Source: Candidatus Amarobacillus elongatus | GTDB taxonomy: Bacteria; Chloroflexota; Dehalococcoidia; Tepidiformales; Tepidiformaceae | Assembly: GCA_016703545.1 (NCBI GenBank) | Contig: JADJBX010000001.1 | Span: 643,186 to 707,185, forward strand | Direction: 5' to 3' | DNA: 64,000 bases | Shown: positions 43,278 through 55,502 of the stretch, piece after piece | Layout: each line of letters begins with the position of its first letter | Position numbering within the stretch: position 1 is the first letter of the stretch | Program-made: the position numbers and the translations under genes | The notes under the pieces: model-generated | The model's input: the letters and a program-made list of their open reading frames with translations, nothing else | Databases searched by the model: none | Told to the model about the DNA's origin: nothing

Positions 43278-44363
43278 ATGTCACACGCAACGATCTCTGA
43301 AGCCAGCGCCAACGAGCTCGTGGCGCGGCTTGTCGATTCGACGCTGGCGACCATGGACGTGCTCGCCATCTACCTCGGGGACCAGCTCGGGCTCTACCGG
43401 GCACTGGCCGAAGGCCCCGCGACGGCGGCGGAACTGGCCCGCCGGGCGGGCATCGATGCCCGCTACGCTCGCGAATGGGTCGAACAGCAGTCGCTCAGCG
43501 GCATCCTGCGGGCGACGCCGGAGCGCGATGGGGAGCATCGCTTTTCGCTGCCGGACGGCTACCGCGAGGTGCTGGTCGACACGGGCAGTCTGAACCACAT
43601 GGCGCCGATGGCCCGGTTCCTCGTGGCATCGCTGGGGCACGGACGGGAGCTGGTCGAGGCGTTTCGCACGGGCGGCGGCGTGTCGTGGGACGACCTCGGC
43701 GATGACGCGCGCGAGGCCCAGGCCGCGCTCAACCGGCCGATGTTCGAGCAGCTCCTGGCCACGGAGTACCTGCCTTCGGTGCCGGAGGTGCACGAACGGC
43801 TGACGGCGCCGGGCGCGCGGGTCGCGGACATCGGTTGCGGCTACGGCTGGTCGAGCGTGGCCATCGCCCGGGGGTACCCGGAGGTCCGCGTCGACGGCTT
43901 CGACGTCGATGAGCCCTCGATCCGCCGGGCGCGGCGCATCGCGGAGGAACGGGGGCTCTCGGACCGGGTGCGGTTCGCCTGCATCGATGCGAATTCGGTG
44001 GGGGGCGGCGGCGCGTACGACGTGGTGACGGCGTTCGAATGCCTGCACGACATGCCGGACCCGGGGAGGATGCTGCGCACGATGCGCCGCCTCGTTTCTC
44101 CGTACGGGAGCGTGCTCATCGCCGACGAGCGGGTGGCGGACCGGTTCGATCCGGAGAACAACGACCCGGTGGAGCGGCTGATGTACGGCTTCAGCATCGG
44201 CTGCTGCCTGCCGTCGGCGCGCGTGAACGGGTCGGACGTGGCGACCGGGACGGTGCTGCGGCGGCCGGCGCTGCAAACGCTGGCGGAGGAGGCCGGGTTC
44301 CGGACGGTCGAGGTGCTCGACATCGACCACGAGATGCTGCGGTTCTACCGGCTCGCAGCCTGA
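43278..44363 (+). CDS. Class I SAM-dependent methyltransferase with N-terminal winged-helix/dimerisation domain
   Basis: Contains VADIGCGYGWSSVAIA (motif I), ...DVVTAFECLHDM..., and N-terminal ...LGLYRALAEGPATAAELARRAGI.... Confidence 0.85.
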   Translation: MSHATISEASANELVARLVDSTLATMDVLAIYLGDQLGLYRALAEGPATAAELARRAGIDARYAREWVEQQSLSGILRATPERDGEHRFSLPDGYREVLVDTGSLNHMAPMARFLVASLGHGRELVEAFRTGGGVSWDDLGDDAREAQAALNRPMFEQLLATEYLPSVPEVHERLTAPGARVADIGCGYGWSSVAIARGYPEVRVDGFDVDEPSIRRARRIAEERGLSDRVRFACIDANSVGGGGAYDVVTAFECLHDMPDPGRMLRTMRRLVSPYGSVLIADERVADRFDPENNDPVERLMYGFSIGCCLPSARVNGSDVATGTVLRRPALQTLAEEAGFRTVEVLDIDHEMLRFYRLAA

Positions 44364-44386
44364 CCCGGAAGCATGGACGAAAGGAC

Positions 44387-44416
44387 GGGCGGGAGGCATA
44401 CGAGTGCCTCCCGCCC
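44387..44416. terminator. Bidirectional hairpin between the methyltransferase and DUF1579 genes
   Basis: GGGCGGGAGGCA-tacgag-TGCCTCCCGCCC, a perfect 12-bp stem. Confidence 0.55.
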
Positions 44417-44424
44417 ACTCGCCT

Positions 44425-44901
44425 TCACGCGGTGCGCGTGAACGTCATCTTCATGAACTCAACCCAGCCGTCCGGGCCTTCAGCCTGCGAACGCATGATG
44501 TAGGTGTTCGGTCCGGGGATTTCGACGATGTCCTGGAAGTGGGCCACGCCGCCGGAGCCGTCCATGCTCGGGCCGTCGGAATTGAGGACAAGGCGGTTGG
44601 CGGCGGCATCGAGTTCGCCTTCGTACACCCAGAGCTGAGGCATCATCGACGAAATGAAGGTGCCCACGAAGCGGGCCTTCGCGGGGTCATACCCGAGGCT
44701 GATGATGTTGTAGTGCGGCCCGTGTTCCTGCTGTTCCACCATGTTGCCGACGACCCAAACGTCGCCGAGGGTGCGAAACGACGTGGTGCCAGAGGTCAGG
44801 AAGGGCGGGTCATCCGGGGCGCCCTGGGCGATGCTTTCGAAAGTCCATTCGCCGACCAGCTGCTGGAGCCACTGGTGTTCCCTGGTTGGTTCTGGGTTCA
44901 A
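44425..44901 (-). CDS. DUF1579-like protein
   Basis: Contains ...EHQWLQQLVGEWTFE...GDVWVVGNM...YNIISLGYDPAKARFVGTFISSMMPQLWVYEGELD.... TTG 44901 or CTG 44904 lies downstream of GGAGG. The ORF-track start GTG 44943 has no RBS. Confidence 0.7.
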   Translation of the reverse strand: MNPEPTREHQWLQQLVGEWTFESIAQGAPDDPPFLTSGTTSFRTLGDVWVVGNMVEQQEHGPHYNIISLGYDPAKARFVGTFISSMMPQLWVYEGELDAAANRLVLNSDGPSMDGSGGVAHFQDIVEIPGPNTYIMRSQAEGPDGWVEFMKMTFTRTA

Positions 44902-45006
44902 CAGGGACTGCCTCCATCGAATTGTGGCAGTCCAGCGTAGCACAGGAGGCTATACAAACCCCTACGAATCGATGGCACTGGCGGGGAGTGTTCAGGAGAA
45001 GGCGCG

Positions 45007-46068
45007 TTAGCGTTCCGGGGTTGGGAAGAGGCCGATGAGGTTCTCTTCCTCGGTCGGCAGGCTGCGCTTGATGACGTCGAGGTGGTCGAGGGCGATGCCG
45101 GCGCCGATGGCGACGCACTCCAGCGGGTTGTCCGCGACGTAGCAGGGGACGCCCGTCTCCTGCGTGAGCAGCTCGTCCATGTGGCGCAGGAGCGCGCCGC
45201 CGCCCGTGAGCATGATGCCGCGATCGATGACGTCGGCGGCAAGCTCGGGGGGCGTCTTTTCGAGGACGGCGCGCACGGTCTGCACGATGGTGCCGAGGCA
45301 GTCCTGGATGGACTGCGAGACTTCAGTGCTGTTGAGGGTGATGGTCTTGGGGAGGCCGCTGAGCTGGTCGCGGCCGCGCACCTGGGTGCTGAGGCCCTCA
45401 TCGACGGGGAGCGCGCTGCCGATGGCCATCTTGATTTCCTCGGCCGTCTTCTCGCCGATGATCAGGTTGTGGCGGCGGCGGACGTAGGCCATGACGGCCT
45501 CGTCGATGCGGTCGCCGGCCATGCGCACCGATTCGCTCACGACGATGCCGTAGAGGGAGATGACGGCGGCTTCGGTGCGGCCGCCACCGATGTTCACGAC
45601 CATGTTTCCGCGCGCGCTGCCGATGGGGATCTGCGCGCCGATGGCGGCGGCGAGCGGCTCGGGGACAAGGTGGGCGGGCTTGCGGGCGCCGGCCTGCTCG
45701 GCGGCGTCGCGCACGGCGCGCTGCTCCACGCTGGTCACGCCCGCGGGCACGGTGACCATGACTTCGGGCCGGATGAGGTTGAAGCGCCCGGCGATGACGC
45801 CGATGAAGTAGCGCAGCATCGCTTCGGTGGTGAGGTAGTCGGCGATGACGCCGTCGCGCATGGGGCGAATAACGCTGATGGAGCCGGGGGTGCGGCCCTG
45901 CATGGCGCGCGCTTCGTTGCCGACGGCGACGATGGCGTTGTCGCGATTATGTCGCGCGACGACGGAGGGTTCGTTCACGACGATCCCCTGGCCCTTCACA
46001 TATACGAGGATGTTGGCGGTCCCGAGGTCGATTCCCGCCTTCTTGGGGGTCATGAATTCGAAGGCCAT
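45007..46068 (-). CDS. mreB: Rod-shape-determining protein MreB
   Basis: Contains [27 protein letters not shown]...[12 protein letters not shown]...[13 protein letters not shown]. Confidence 0.93.
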   Translation of the reverse strand: MAFEFMTPKKAGIDLGTANILVYVKGQGIVVNEPSVVARHNRDNAIVAVGNEARAMQGRTPGSISVIRPMRDGVIADYLTTEAMLRYFIGVIAGRFNLIRPEVMVTVPAGVTSVEQRAVRDAAEQAGARKPAHLVPEPLAAAIGAQIPIGSARGNMVVNIGGGRTEAAVISLYGIVVSESVRMAGDRIDEAVMAYVRRRHNLIIGEKTAEEIKMAIGSALPVDEGLSTQVRGRDQLSGLPKTITLNSTEVSQSIQDCLGTIVQTVRAVLEKTPPELAADVIDRGIMLTGGGALLRHMDELLTQETGVPCYVADNPLECVAIGAGIALDHLDVIKRSLPTEEENLIGLFPTPER

Positions 46069-47348
46069 TATTGGCGCTCGATGGAGACGCCGAGGCCACG
46101 CAGCTTGTCGGCGAGTTTTTCGTAACCGCGATCGAGATGCGACACGTCGTCGATGATGGTCTCCCCGTGGGCGACAAAGGCGGCGAGCAGGACCGCGGCG
46201 CCGGCGCGGACATCGAGCGCGCGGACATGGGCGCCGTTGAGCTGCGCCTTGCCCACCACGATGGCGGACGAGCCGGTGCTGACAATTTCCGCGCCCATTT
46301 TGCGGAGCTCGCCGACGTAGAGCATGCGGTTATCGAAGACGCGTTCGTGGATGATGGAGACCCCGTGAGCCTGCGTGAGCATGGCCGCGAGCGGCGCGTG
46401 CAGGTCGGTGGCGAGGCCGGGATAGGGCAGCGCCTGGAAGTTGACGCCGCGCAGGTGGCCATCGCTGGCGACGCGGACGCAGCCTTCGCGTTCGGTGGTG
46501 ACGGTGGCGCCGGCGTCGGTCAGCTTCGCCCAGAGGGCGTCCATGACCTCGACGGGGGCGCCATGAAGGCGGACATCGCCGGCGGTCATGGCGGCGGCGA
46601 CGGCGAAGGTCCCGGCTTCGATGCGGTCGGGCATAATGTCGAGGGTGGCGCCGTGAAGCCGCTGCACGCCATCGACCTCGACCATCTGCGTGCCGATGCC
46701 TTCGATGTGGCCGCCCATGGCGTTGAGCATGTGGCAGAGGTGCTGCACCTCGGGCTCGGTGGCGGCGTTGACGATGGTGGTGTGCCCGCGCGCGAGGGCG
46801 GCGGCCATGACGACGTTCTGCGTGCCCGAGACGGACGGGTAGTCCATGAAAATGCGGGCACCGCGCAGGCCGCCATCGGGGGCCTCGGCGACGTACCGTT
46901 CGCCCTCGCGGCGGATGGTCGCGCCCATGGCGTGGAAGCCGCCGAGGTGGACATCCAGGGGGCGCTGGCCGATGACATCGCCGCCCGGGGGGACGGACGA
47001 CGCGCGGCCGAGGCGGGCGAGCAACGGGCCCATCACCTGGAACGACGCGCGGTTCTCCGTGATCAGCTCGCTGGGGGTTTCGACCTTGCCGACGGTGCCG
47101 CCCAGGAGGCGCAGCGTGTTCGGCGCCGTCCATTCCACGCCAGCCCCGAGGTTGGTCAGCAGCTGCGCGAGGGAGCGGGCGTCGCTGATCTCGGGGACGT
47201 TATTGAGGACGACGGCGTCCTCGGTGAGGAGCGAGGCGCACATGGCGGCGAGGGCGTGGTTCTTGGCCCCCGATATGGGCACGTCACCGCGCAGGACGGC
47301 GCCGCCCTGAACGATGTACCTCGGGCCCCGGGGAAGCGTTGAATTCAT
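46068..47348 (-). CDS. murA: UDP-N-acetylglucosamine 1-carboxyvinyltransferase MurA
   Basis: Contains [24 protein letters not shown]...and the catalytic loop region. Start is ATG 47348, or TTG 47360. The stop abuts the mreB start. Confidence 0.92.
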   Translation of the reverse strand: MNSTLPRGPRYIVQGGAVLRGDVPISGAKNHALAAMCASLLTEDAVVLNNVPEISDARSLAQLLTNLGAGVEWTAPNTLRLLGGTVGKVETPSELITENRASFQVMGPLLARLGRASSVPPGGDVIGQRPLDVHLGGFHAMGATIRREGERYVAEAPDGGLRGARIFMDYPSVSGTQNVVMAAALARGHTTIVNAATEPEVQHLCHMLNAMGGHIEGIGTQMVEVDGVQRLHGATLDIMPDRIEAGTFAVAAAMTAGDVRLHGAPVEVMDALWAKLTDAGATVTTEREGCVRVASDGHLRGVNFQALPYPGLATDLHAPLAAMLTQAHGVSIIHERVFDNRMLYVGELRKMGAEIVSTGSSAIVVGKAQLNGAHVRALDVRAGAAVLLAAFVAHGETIIDDVSHLDRGYEKLADKLRGLGVSIERQ

Positions 47349-47465
47349 GCGATGTGTCAAGGATAGGGCGTGGGGGGTGAGCGTTCCACCGCGCCAGCGG
47401 CGGGAATTGCATTCGGCGCGCGGCCGTCACGGGAACGCAAGGCGGCAACGGCGCCGGAGAGGCAA

Positions 47466-47491
47466 CGAGCCCGCCGGTGAGGGCGGGCTCG
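47466..47491 (-). terminator. Hairpin terminator after atpC
   Basis: CGAGCCCGCC-ggtga-(G)GGCGGGCTCG, a 10-bp stem 28 nt beyond the atpC stop. Confidence 0.55.
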
Positions 47492-47518
47492 CTGGAATGA
47501 ACGGATGGGGCGCGACGG

Positions 47519-47962
47519 TTAGACGCGCGGCCGGCCGTCGGTGCGGCGGCGGCGGCGGTCCGCGACGCGAAGGCGCAGCAGCGACCGCTGCAGCGCCGCG
47601 GCGGCACGGGCCATGTCGACGTCGCGAACGTTCTGCTCGCGGGCGCGGCGAAGGCGCTCCTCCGCGCGGGCCCGGGCGGCCTCGGCGCGGGCGATGTCGA
47701 TCTCCTCGGCGGGCTCGGCGGCATCGGCGAGGATGGTCACGCGGTCGTTGCGGACCTCCATGAAGCCGCCGGTCACGGCGAAGGGCTCTTCCTCGGTGCC
47801 GCGCCGGAAGAGGAGTTCGCCCGGCTGGAGTGTGGTCATGAGCGCGGCGTGCTTGGGCAGGATGGCCAGCTGGCCTTCCGTGCCGGGCGCGACGAGGACA
47901 TCCACACCCTTTTCGGTGCGAACGATGCGTTCCGCGGTGACGATTTCTACCGTCAGCGGCAT
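47519..47962 (-). CDS. atpC: F1 ATP synthase epsilon subunit
   Basis: Contains [45 protein letters not shown].... It lies 4 nt after atpD. Confidence 0.9.
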   Translation of the reverse strand: MPLTVEIVTAERIVRTEKGVDVLVAPGTEGQLAILPKHAALMTTLQPGELLFRRGTEEEPFAVTGGFMEVRNDRVTILADAAEPAEEIDIARAEAARARAEERLRRAREQNVRDVDMARAAAALQRSLLRLRVADRRRRRTDGRPRV

Positions 47963-47966
47963 GGGG

Positions 47967-49406
<1,440 letters not shown>

Positions 49407-49492
49407 TTACTGCTGTTCCGCGGCGGCATTGCTGCCGCCGGCCATAACCGGGGCCTGCCCCGGGCTGGTTCCGATGGTGGCGAGGGTACCGC

Positions 49493-50179
49493 TCACGCGG
49501 CCACCTCAAGGATATCGCCAATCGCGATGTCGCTGAGCGAATCGAATTCGCGGTCCGGTTCGCCCAGGTCAAGGCCGCGGGTGTACTCCGTGCGTACGGC
49601 CCAGCAGCGCATGCCCGCCGCGCGAGCGGAGGCGATGCCGGCGGGAGCGTCCTCGATGGCGAGGCAGGCCGATGCGGGAAGCCGCAGCCGCTTCGCCGCG
49701 AGCAGGTAGATCTCCGGATCCGGCTTGCCGTTCGCGACATCGGAGCCAGTAACGACTTCGTCGAACACGCCATCCAGGCCGATGCGCGCGAGGCAGGCAT
49801 CGACCCATGGCCGGCGCGACGAAGACGCGAGCGCGATCGGAACCTGCCGTCGATGGAGGTCCAGCACGAGGCAGGTGGCGCCGTCGAGCGGCTCGGCGTG
49901 TTCGCGGTACTGCGCGAGGATGAGCTCGTTGTAGCGCGGGGAGTAGTGCTCCGGGCCGTGAGCGAAGCCGAAATCGCGGACCATTTCGGACCAGCCGGCC
50001 TTGGTGCCCATGTACGGCTTGTACTCTTCGAGCGTGATCTGGCGGCCTTCGGGGGCGAGGAGCTGGTTCACCGCGGCGAAATGCAGCGGCTCGCCGTCCA
50101 CGAGGACGCCGTCCATATCGAAGATGACGGCCGATATCCGTTCCAGCCTAGGCCCCCTTGAGCGCCTCGACGCCGCCAA
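49493..50179 (-). CDS. HAD-superfamily hydrolase (subfamily IA, beta-phosphoglucomutase/phosphatase-like) embedded in the atp operon
   Basis: Contains AVIFDMDGVLVD (motif I), ...ALASSS (II), ...GKPDPEIY...AIEDAPAGIASARAAGM (III/IV). Start is TTG 50179, overlapping atpG by 32 nt, or CTG 50146, 1 nt after the atpG stop. Confidence 0.85.
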   Translation of the reverse strand: MAASRRSRGPRLERISAVIFDMDGVLVDGEPLHFAAVNQLLAPEGRQITLEEYKPYMGTKAGWSEMVRDFGFAHGPEHYSPRYNELILAQYREHAEPLDGATCLVLDLHRRQVPIALASSSRRPWVDACLARIGLDGVFDEVVTGSDVANGKPDPEIYLLAAKRLRLPASACLAIEDAPAGIASARAAGMRCWAVRTEYTRGLDLGEPDREFDSLSDIAIGDILEVAA

Positions 50180-51029
50180 CGATGTCGAGCAGTTCCTTGG
50201 TGATCTGCTCCTGGCGCGCCTTGTTGTACGTGAGCGTGAGTTCGCGAGTGAGGTCGTTAGCGTTGTCGGTCGCGTTCTTCATCGCGACCATCTGCGCCGA
50301 CTGGAAGCTCGCCGCGTTCTGGAGGATGGCCTCGTAGATCTGCATCTCGATGTAGCGCGGGAGGATGCGTGCGAGCACGTCCTGTGGCGACGGTTCGAAG
50401 ATGTACTCCTCGGCCAGGTTCCCGGCGGCGGCCTCGTCGTTCACGGCCGGCGGTTCGATGGGCAGCAGCTGCCGCACCACGGGCCGCTGGACGGCCGTCG
50501 AGACGAAGAGCGGGAAGCTCACGTAGACGCGGTCGACGGTGCCGTTCAGGTAGTCGTCGATGATGATGCGAGAGATGCCGAGGGTGTCCGACTGCGTGGG
50601 ATAGTCTCCCAGCTCCGTGAACTCGGCGGTCAGGTGCTGATGGGCGCGGACGAAGAAATCGCGGCCCTTCTTGCCCACGGCGACGACGGAGACGGGCTCG
50701 TGCTGCATGGCGACGAAGGTGCCCGCGGCGCGGTTGAGGTTGGCGTTGAGACCACCGCAGAGGCCGCGATCCGGCGTGATGTGAAGAACGGCGATGTTCT
50801 TGACGGGCCGGTTCGCGAGCAGCGGGTGAGCGGCGCCTTCGCCGTCACCGGATGTGCTGGCGAGACCCGCGAGCACGACGCGAAGCTTCTCGGCGTAGGG
50901 CTGCGCCTGGGTGGCGCGGTCCTGGGCGCGGCGCATCTTCGATGCGGCCACGAGCTGGAGCGCATTCGTGATCTTCGCGGTGTTCTTGACGCTCCCGATG
51001 CGTCGTTTGAGCTGGCGGATCGTCGGCAT
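50148..51029 (-). CDS. atpG: F1 ATP synthase gamma subunit
   Basis: Contains MPTIRQLKRRIGSVKNTAKITNALQLVAASKMRRAQ... and C-terminal ...LTLTYNKARQEQITKELLDIV. Confidence 0.93.
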   Translation of the reverse strand: MPTIRQLKRRIGSVKNTAKITNALQLVAASKMRRAQDRATQAQPYAEKLRVVLAGLASTSGDGEGAAHPLLANRPVKNIAVLHITPDRGLCGGLNANLNRAAGTFVAMQHEPVSVVAVGKKGRDFFVRAHQHLTAEFTELGDYPTQSDTLGISRIIIDDYLNGTVDRVYVSFPLFVSTAVQRPVVRQLLPIEPPAVNDEAAAGNLAEEYIFEPSPQDVLARILPRYIEMQIYEAILQNAASFQSAQMVAMKNATDNANDLTRELTLTYNKARQEQITKELLDIVGGVEALKGA

Positions 51030-51125
51030 TGGCGTAATCCCGTCCGGGGGTGGTGGGGCCGGGCGGGGCCGCCCGGCGCGCGGGGGCGGGCGAACCGCCC
51101 CCAGCCGTCAGCGGGTGCCGGGCCC

Positions 51126-52628
51126 CTAGAAGGGGACCGTCGTCTTGAAGGTAGTGATGACCCCGCGCAGCTTCTCGGTCAGCTCCGGCGTCATGACGGG
51201 GCTGGCGGCGATGTCGCGCAGGACTTCGGGGTTGTTGCTGGCGAGGAACTTGCGCAGGCCGTCCTCGAAGGGGCGAACCTTGGCCACGGGCACGTCGTCG
51301 AGCATGCCGCTGGACAGCGAGAAGAGCACCGCCACCTCTTCCGCCATGGAAAGCGGGGTGAACTGGGGCTGCTTCAGCAGCTCGGTGGCGCGCTGACCGC
51401 GCTCCAGCTGGCGGCGCGTGGCGGCGTCGAGGTCGCTGGTGCCGAACTGGGCGAAGGCCTGCAGCTCGCGGAACTGCGACATCTCGCCCTTGAGGCCGCC
51501 GGACACGGTCTTCATCGCCTTCGTCTGCGCCGCCGAACCCACGCGGCTCACGGAGAGACCGGTGTTGATGGCGGGCCGGATGCCGGCGTTGAAGAGGTCC
51601 GACTCCAGGTAGATCTGGCCGTCGGTGATGGAGATGACGTTCGTCGGGATGTAGGCGGACACGTCGTTCGCCTGCGTCTCGATGATGGGGAGAGCGCTGA
51701 GCGAACCGCCAGCTTCGAGGCGCGCGGCGCGCTCGAGGAGGCGGCTGTGGAGGTAGAAGACGTCGCCGGGGTAGGCTTCGCGGCCCGGCGGGCGGCGGAG
51801 GAGGAGCGAGATTTCGCGGTACGCCCAGGCGTGCTTGCTCAGGTCGTCATAGACGATGAGCGCATCGCGGCCGGACTCCATGAACTCCTCGCCGATGGCG
51901 CAGCCGCCGTAGGGGGCGAGGTACTGGAGGGCGGCGGCGTCCGAGGCGTTGGCGGCCACGACGATGGTGTGGTCCATCGCGCCGTTCTCTTCGAGGAGAC
52001 CGACGACCTGCGCGACCTTACCGGCCTTTTGGCCGATGGCGACGTAGATGCAGATCAGGTCGCCGCCCTTCTGGTTGATGATCGTGTCCAGGGCGATGGC
52101 GGTCTTGCCGGTGGAGCGGTCGCCGATGATGAGCTCGCGCTGGCCGCGGCCGATGGGGAACATCGCGTCGATGGACTTGATGCCCGTCTGAACCGGCTGG
52201 TTCACGCTCTGGCGAAGGGTCACGCCGGGGGCGATGCGCTCGATCGGGCGGGTCTTGGTCGTGTTGATGGGACCCTTGCCATCGATCGGGCGGCCGAGGG
52301 GGTCGACAACGCGGCCAATGAGGGCGTCGCCAACGGGAACCTCGATGATGCGCCCGGTGCCGCGGACTTCATCGCCTTCCTTGATGTCGATGTAGTCACC
52401 AAGGACGACGGCGCTGACGGATTCCTGTTCGAGGTTCATGGCGATGCCCATGGACCCGTTCGAGAATTCGAGCAACTCGGAGTACATGGCGCCGGAGAGG
52501 CCGTGAACGCGGGCCACGCCGTCGCCGGCTTCGATCACGGTGCCGACGTCCGTCGTGACCGTGCCGGAGCCGAAGCCCTGGATCTGCTCCTTCAGGATGG
52601 AGGCAATCTCTTCAGCGCGTACTGCCAT
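51126..52628 (-). CDS. atpA: F1 ATP synthase alpha subunit
   Basis: Walker A GDRSTGKT and a full-length 500 aa. Confidence 0.95.
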   Translation of the reverse strand: MAVRAEEIASILKEQIQGFGSGTVTTDVGTVIEAGDGVARVHGLSGAMYSELLEFSNGSMGIAMNLEQESVSAVVLGDYIDIKEGDEVRGTGRIIEVPVGDALIGRVVDPLGRPIDGKGPINTTKTRPIERIAPGVTLRQSVNQPVQTGIKSIDAMFPIGRGQRELIIGDRSTGKTAIALDTIINQKGGDLICIYVAIGQKAGKVAQVVGLLEENGAMDHTIVVAANASDAAALQYLAPYGGCAIGEEFMESGRDALIVYDDLSKHAWAYREISLLLRRPPGREAYPGDVFYLHSRLLERAARLEAGGSLSALPIIETQANDVSAYIPTNVISITDGQIYLESDLFNAGIRPAINTGLSVSRVGSAAQTKAMKTVSGGLKGEMSQFRELQAFAQFGTSDLDAATRRQLERGQRATELLKQPQFTPLSMAEEVAVLFSLSSGMLDDVPVAKVRPFEDGLRKFLASNNPEVLRDIAASPVMTPELTEKLRGVITTFKTTVPF

Positions 52629-52673
52629 CGCGGCGCACCTCTCTCTTCCTCAAAACCAGCCTGAGCGGGGAGC

Positions 52674-53207
52674 TCAGATGGCCCCTTCCAACTGCCGCCG
52701 GAGCTGCCGAAGCCGCGTCCGGACGCTTCCATCGACGATGCGATCGCCGACGCGGAGGACCGCGCCGCCGATAATGGCGGGGTTGACCACCGCGGTGGCG
52801 GTGACCCGCTTGCCGAGCTGGCCGGAGAGGCGCTGCTCGATGGCTTCCACCTGCGCGGGCGTGAGCTCGACGGCGGTGGTGATCTGTGCGTGTTCGATGC
52901 CCTGGTGCTCGTCGGCGAAGCGGTTGAAGGCGTCGCTGACGGCGCGGGCATCGTAGCTCCGGCCCTTCGAGATCAGCAGCTTCGCCAGGTTGATGGCGAG
53001 GGGCTGGATATCGAGGACGCGGTCCACCATGGCGTAGCGGGATTCGAGCGGGAGGCGCCCGTCCGCGAGGACGGACGCCGCACCGGATTCGGCGAGCACC
53101 TCGGCGATATCGCCGAGGTCGGCGCGCCAGCGGTCGATATCGCCGGATTCACGGGCGAGTTCGAACGCGGCCTGGGCATAACGCCGTGCTGCCTGGAGGT
53201 CAGCCAT
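52674..53207 (-). CDS. atpH: F1 ATP synthase delta (OSCP) subunit
   Basis: 177 aa. Contains ARRYAQAAFELA... and C-terminal ..IIGGAVLRVGDRIVDGSVRTRL. Confidence 0.88.
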   Translation of the reverse strand: MADLQAARRYAQAAFELARESGDIDRWRADLGDIAEVLAESGAASVLADGRLPLESRYAMVDRVLDIQPLAINLAKLLISKGRSYDARAVSDAFNRFADEHQGIEHAQITTAVELTPAQVEAIEQRLSGQLGKRVTATAVVNPAIIGGAVLRVGDRIVDGSVRTRLRQLRRQLEGAI

Positions 53208-53209
53208 GG

Positions 53210-53722
53210 TTAATTGGTCCCGCTGAAGCTGGAGTTGGCCAGCGCTTCATCGATGATGCGCTGGTGGGCGGTGCGGTCGAGCGATTGACCGATGACCTTC
53301 TCGGCGGCCGAGACGGTGATATCGGCGAACTCGCGGCGGAGGTCGGCGACGGCGCGGTCGCGTTCGAGCTGAATCTCGGCGCGGGCGCGTACGAGTGATT
53401 CCTCGCGGTCGCGGTTGGCCTGTTCGCGCGCTTCGGCCTGGATGCGCGTCGCGATCTGCTGAGCACCCGCGACGACTTCCTGGGCCTGGCGCTGGCCTTC
53501 CTGGAGCTGCGAGGCGATATTCGCCTGCGCCTGGGCGGCCTCGGCGCGCGCGATTTCCGCGGCGTTGAGGCCTTCGGCGATCTTCTGCTTGCGCTCGTCG
53601 AGCATCTTCAGGATGGGCTTGTAGGCCACGAGCCTGAGGATGACGAGCAGCAGGAAGAAGTTCGCTACCTGCGCGATGAGCTGGGGCAGGTTCAGGCCGA
53701 GGGCTTCAACTGCCTTGTCCAT
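53210..53722 (-). CDS. atpF: Fo ATP synthase subunit b
   Basis: Single N-terminal TM helix (LIAQVANFFLLLVILRLVAY), then a long charged helix rich in A/E/R/Q. Confidence 0.85.
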   Translation of the reverse strand: MDKAVEALGLNLPQLIAQVANFFLLLVILRLVAYKPILKMLDERKQKIAEGLNAAEIARAEAAQAQANIASQLQEGQRQAQEVVAGAQQIATRIQAEAREQANRDREESLVRARAEIQLERDRAVADLRREFADITVSAAEKVIGQSLDRTAHQRIIDEALANSSFSGTN

Positions 53723-53771
53723 GCGGGCGCACCGTCCCTTTCTTCGTTGTTCCGCACCGGGGCGCGGGAGA

Positions 53772-54038
53772 CTAGATGACGAACGCGATGATGAGCGCCG
53801 AAAGGAGCGCGTAGATGCCGATGGCTTCGGCGAAGGCGACGCCGAGAATCATGTTCGTCTGAATGGCGGCGCGGGCCTCGGGGTTGCGGCCGAGCGCTTC
53901 CATGGCCTTGCCAACGAGCATGCCGATGGCGAGGGCCGGGCCGATACCGCCGACCGCCATGGCGATGGCGGCGCCGATCGCCTTGGCGGCGTCGGTCTCG
54001 AGGATGACCATGAACGGGAGAATGCTGAGGATGTCCAT
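53772..54038 (-). CDS. atpE: Fo ATP synthase subunit c
   Basis: 88-aa hairpin with GRNPEA loop and carboxylate helix ...ILGVAFAEAIGIYALL. Confidence 0.9.
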   Translation of the reverse strand: MDILSILPFMVILETDAAKAIGAAIAMAVGGIGPALAIGMLVGKAMEALGRNPEARAAIQTNMILGVAFAEAIGIYALLSALIIAFVI

Positions 54039-54137
54039 GAGCGTGCTTCTGCCTCCGTTGCGCCCTCTCCATGGCGCGGGTTTCCAGGTTTGCTTGCGAA
54101 CAGGCCCGGGGGCCTGGACTGCCCGTTAGGGTGGTGG

Positions 54138-55502
54138 TTAGTGCGCGGCCGCTGCTCCGTGCACGTTGTGGGCATCGGCGCCCGCGTCCTCGCCGTGGTG
54201 CCCTTCGTGGTGCTCATCGTCGCCGTGGTGTTCCACCGCGCCGACCGCGAACACGAGCGTGAGGAGCGCGAACACCGCGGCCTGGATGAAGCCGACGAAC
54301 AGTTCGAGGCCATAAATGATGTCCACGAACAGGAACGGCATCAGGAATGTCAGCATCAGGATGAGGACTTCGCCGGCGAAGATGTTGCCGAAGAGGCGGA
54401 AGGTGAAGCTGATGATGCGGATGAACTCCGAGAGCAGCTCCAGGATGCCGACGAAGGCGTTCACGCCGTTGAGGTTGAAGAACTTCTTCAGGTAGCCAAA
54501 GCCCAGCGCCTGGAAGCCCCAGAACTCAATGCAGAGGAAGGCGACGATACCGAGGGCGAGCGTGTTGTTCACGTCGCTGAAGGCGCCGCGGAAGAGCGGG
54601 ATGACGAGGCCGAACTTCTTCGCGCCCTCGAAATCGATGCCGGTGATGGTTTGATGGAGGGTCGGGCTGGCGAGGCCGTGAGCGGCCTCGGCGCTGCCGT
54701 GGTCGTCGGCGGCGTGCGCATCGCCGAGCAGGATGTGCGGGCGGCCATCGTTGCCATCGAGGCGCGCGGCTGCCGCGGCGACCATCTCGGCGGACGGGTG
54801 CTCGAGCTCCTCGTCGGTGGCTTCGAAGTCGGCGAAGTGCTTGGCGACGAAGACGACGTAGCGGTCGAGGGCTTCGCCGGGGGTTTCACCTTCGAAGACC
54901 TCGAACTCGATCGCCTTCGTGCGGGGCATGGCGGTGATGAGGCCGCCATCGCCTTCCATGATCCAGCCGCCGAAGCCGTCGCCTTCGATGTAGTGGCCGT
55001 CTTCGCCGAGGACGAGGTCGTGGGGGTGCTCGGCGGTGATTTCGTGGAACACGTGGTGGTGAACGTCTTCGTGCTTGCCGAAGGCGTTGAAGAACGGCAT
55101 CAGGCCGAACCAGTTGTTGCAGATGACGAAGAGGAAGATGGTCGCGACGACCATGAAGAACTTGCGGCCGTTCTTCTCGCCGGCGATCTCCTCGACCTGG
55201 CCAACGAGGAAGCCGATGACGGCTTCGGCGAAGTTCTGAATGCCGGAGGGCATGAGCTTCATGGAGCGGGTGGCGCTCCAGAAGAAGAGGATCATGAACG
55301 CCATCACGACCCAGGAGGTGATGAGGGTGTTCGTGAGGTTCAGGGGGCCGACTTTGGTGATGACTTCAGCGGGGACGATGATTTCCGGCTGAGGACCCTG
55401 CGCGACGACAAGGCCGATCCCAAGCCAGACGAGGACACCGACGAAGGCGGCAAGGCCGATAACGAGCTTCAATTCAGCGTTACTCCGTTGGCCCGGTCCC
55501 AA
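54138..55502 (-). CDS. atpB: Fo ATP synthase subunit a, unusually long (454 aa) with a large insertion and His-rich tail
   Basis: The conserved core is present (..NWFGLMPF.., ..DVNNTLALGIVAF.., ..ISFTFRLFGNIFAGEVL.. with the essential Arg). About 160 extra residues lie between the first two motifs. The start is uncertain (TTG 55502 or TTG 55472). Confidence 0.88.
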   Translation of the reverse strand: MGPGQRSNAELKLVIGLAAFVGVLVWLGIGLVVAQGPQPEIIVPAEVITKVGPLNLTNTLITSWVVMAFMILFFWSATRSMKLMPSGIQNFAEAVIGFLVGQVEEIAGEKNGRKFFMVVATIFLFVICNNWFGLMPFFNAFGKHEDVHHHVFHEITAEHPHDLVLGEDGHYIEGDGFGGWIMEGDGGLITAMPRTKAIEFEVFEGETPGEALDRYVVFVAKHFADFEATDEELEHPSAEMVAAAAARLDGNDGRPHILLGDAHAADDHGSAEAAHGLASPTLHQTITGIDFEGAKKFGLVIPLFRGAFSDVNNTLALGIVAFLCIEFWGFQALGFGYLKKFFNLNGVNAFVGILELLSEFIRIISFTFRLFGNIFAGEVLILMLTFLMPFLFVDIIYGLELFVGFIQAAVFALLTLVFAVGAVEHHGDDEHHEGHHGEDAGADAHNVHGAAAAH

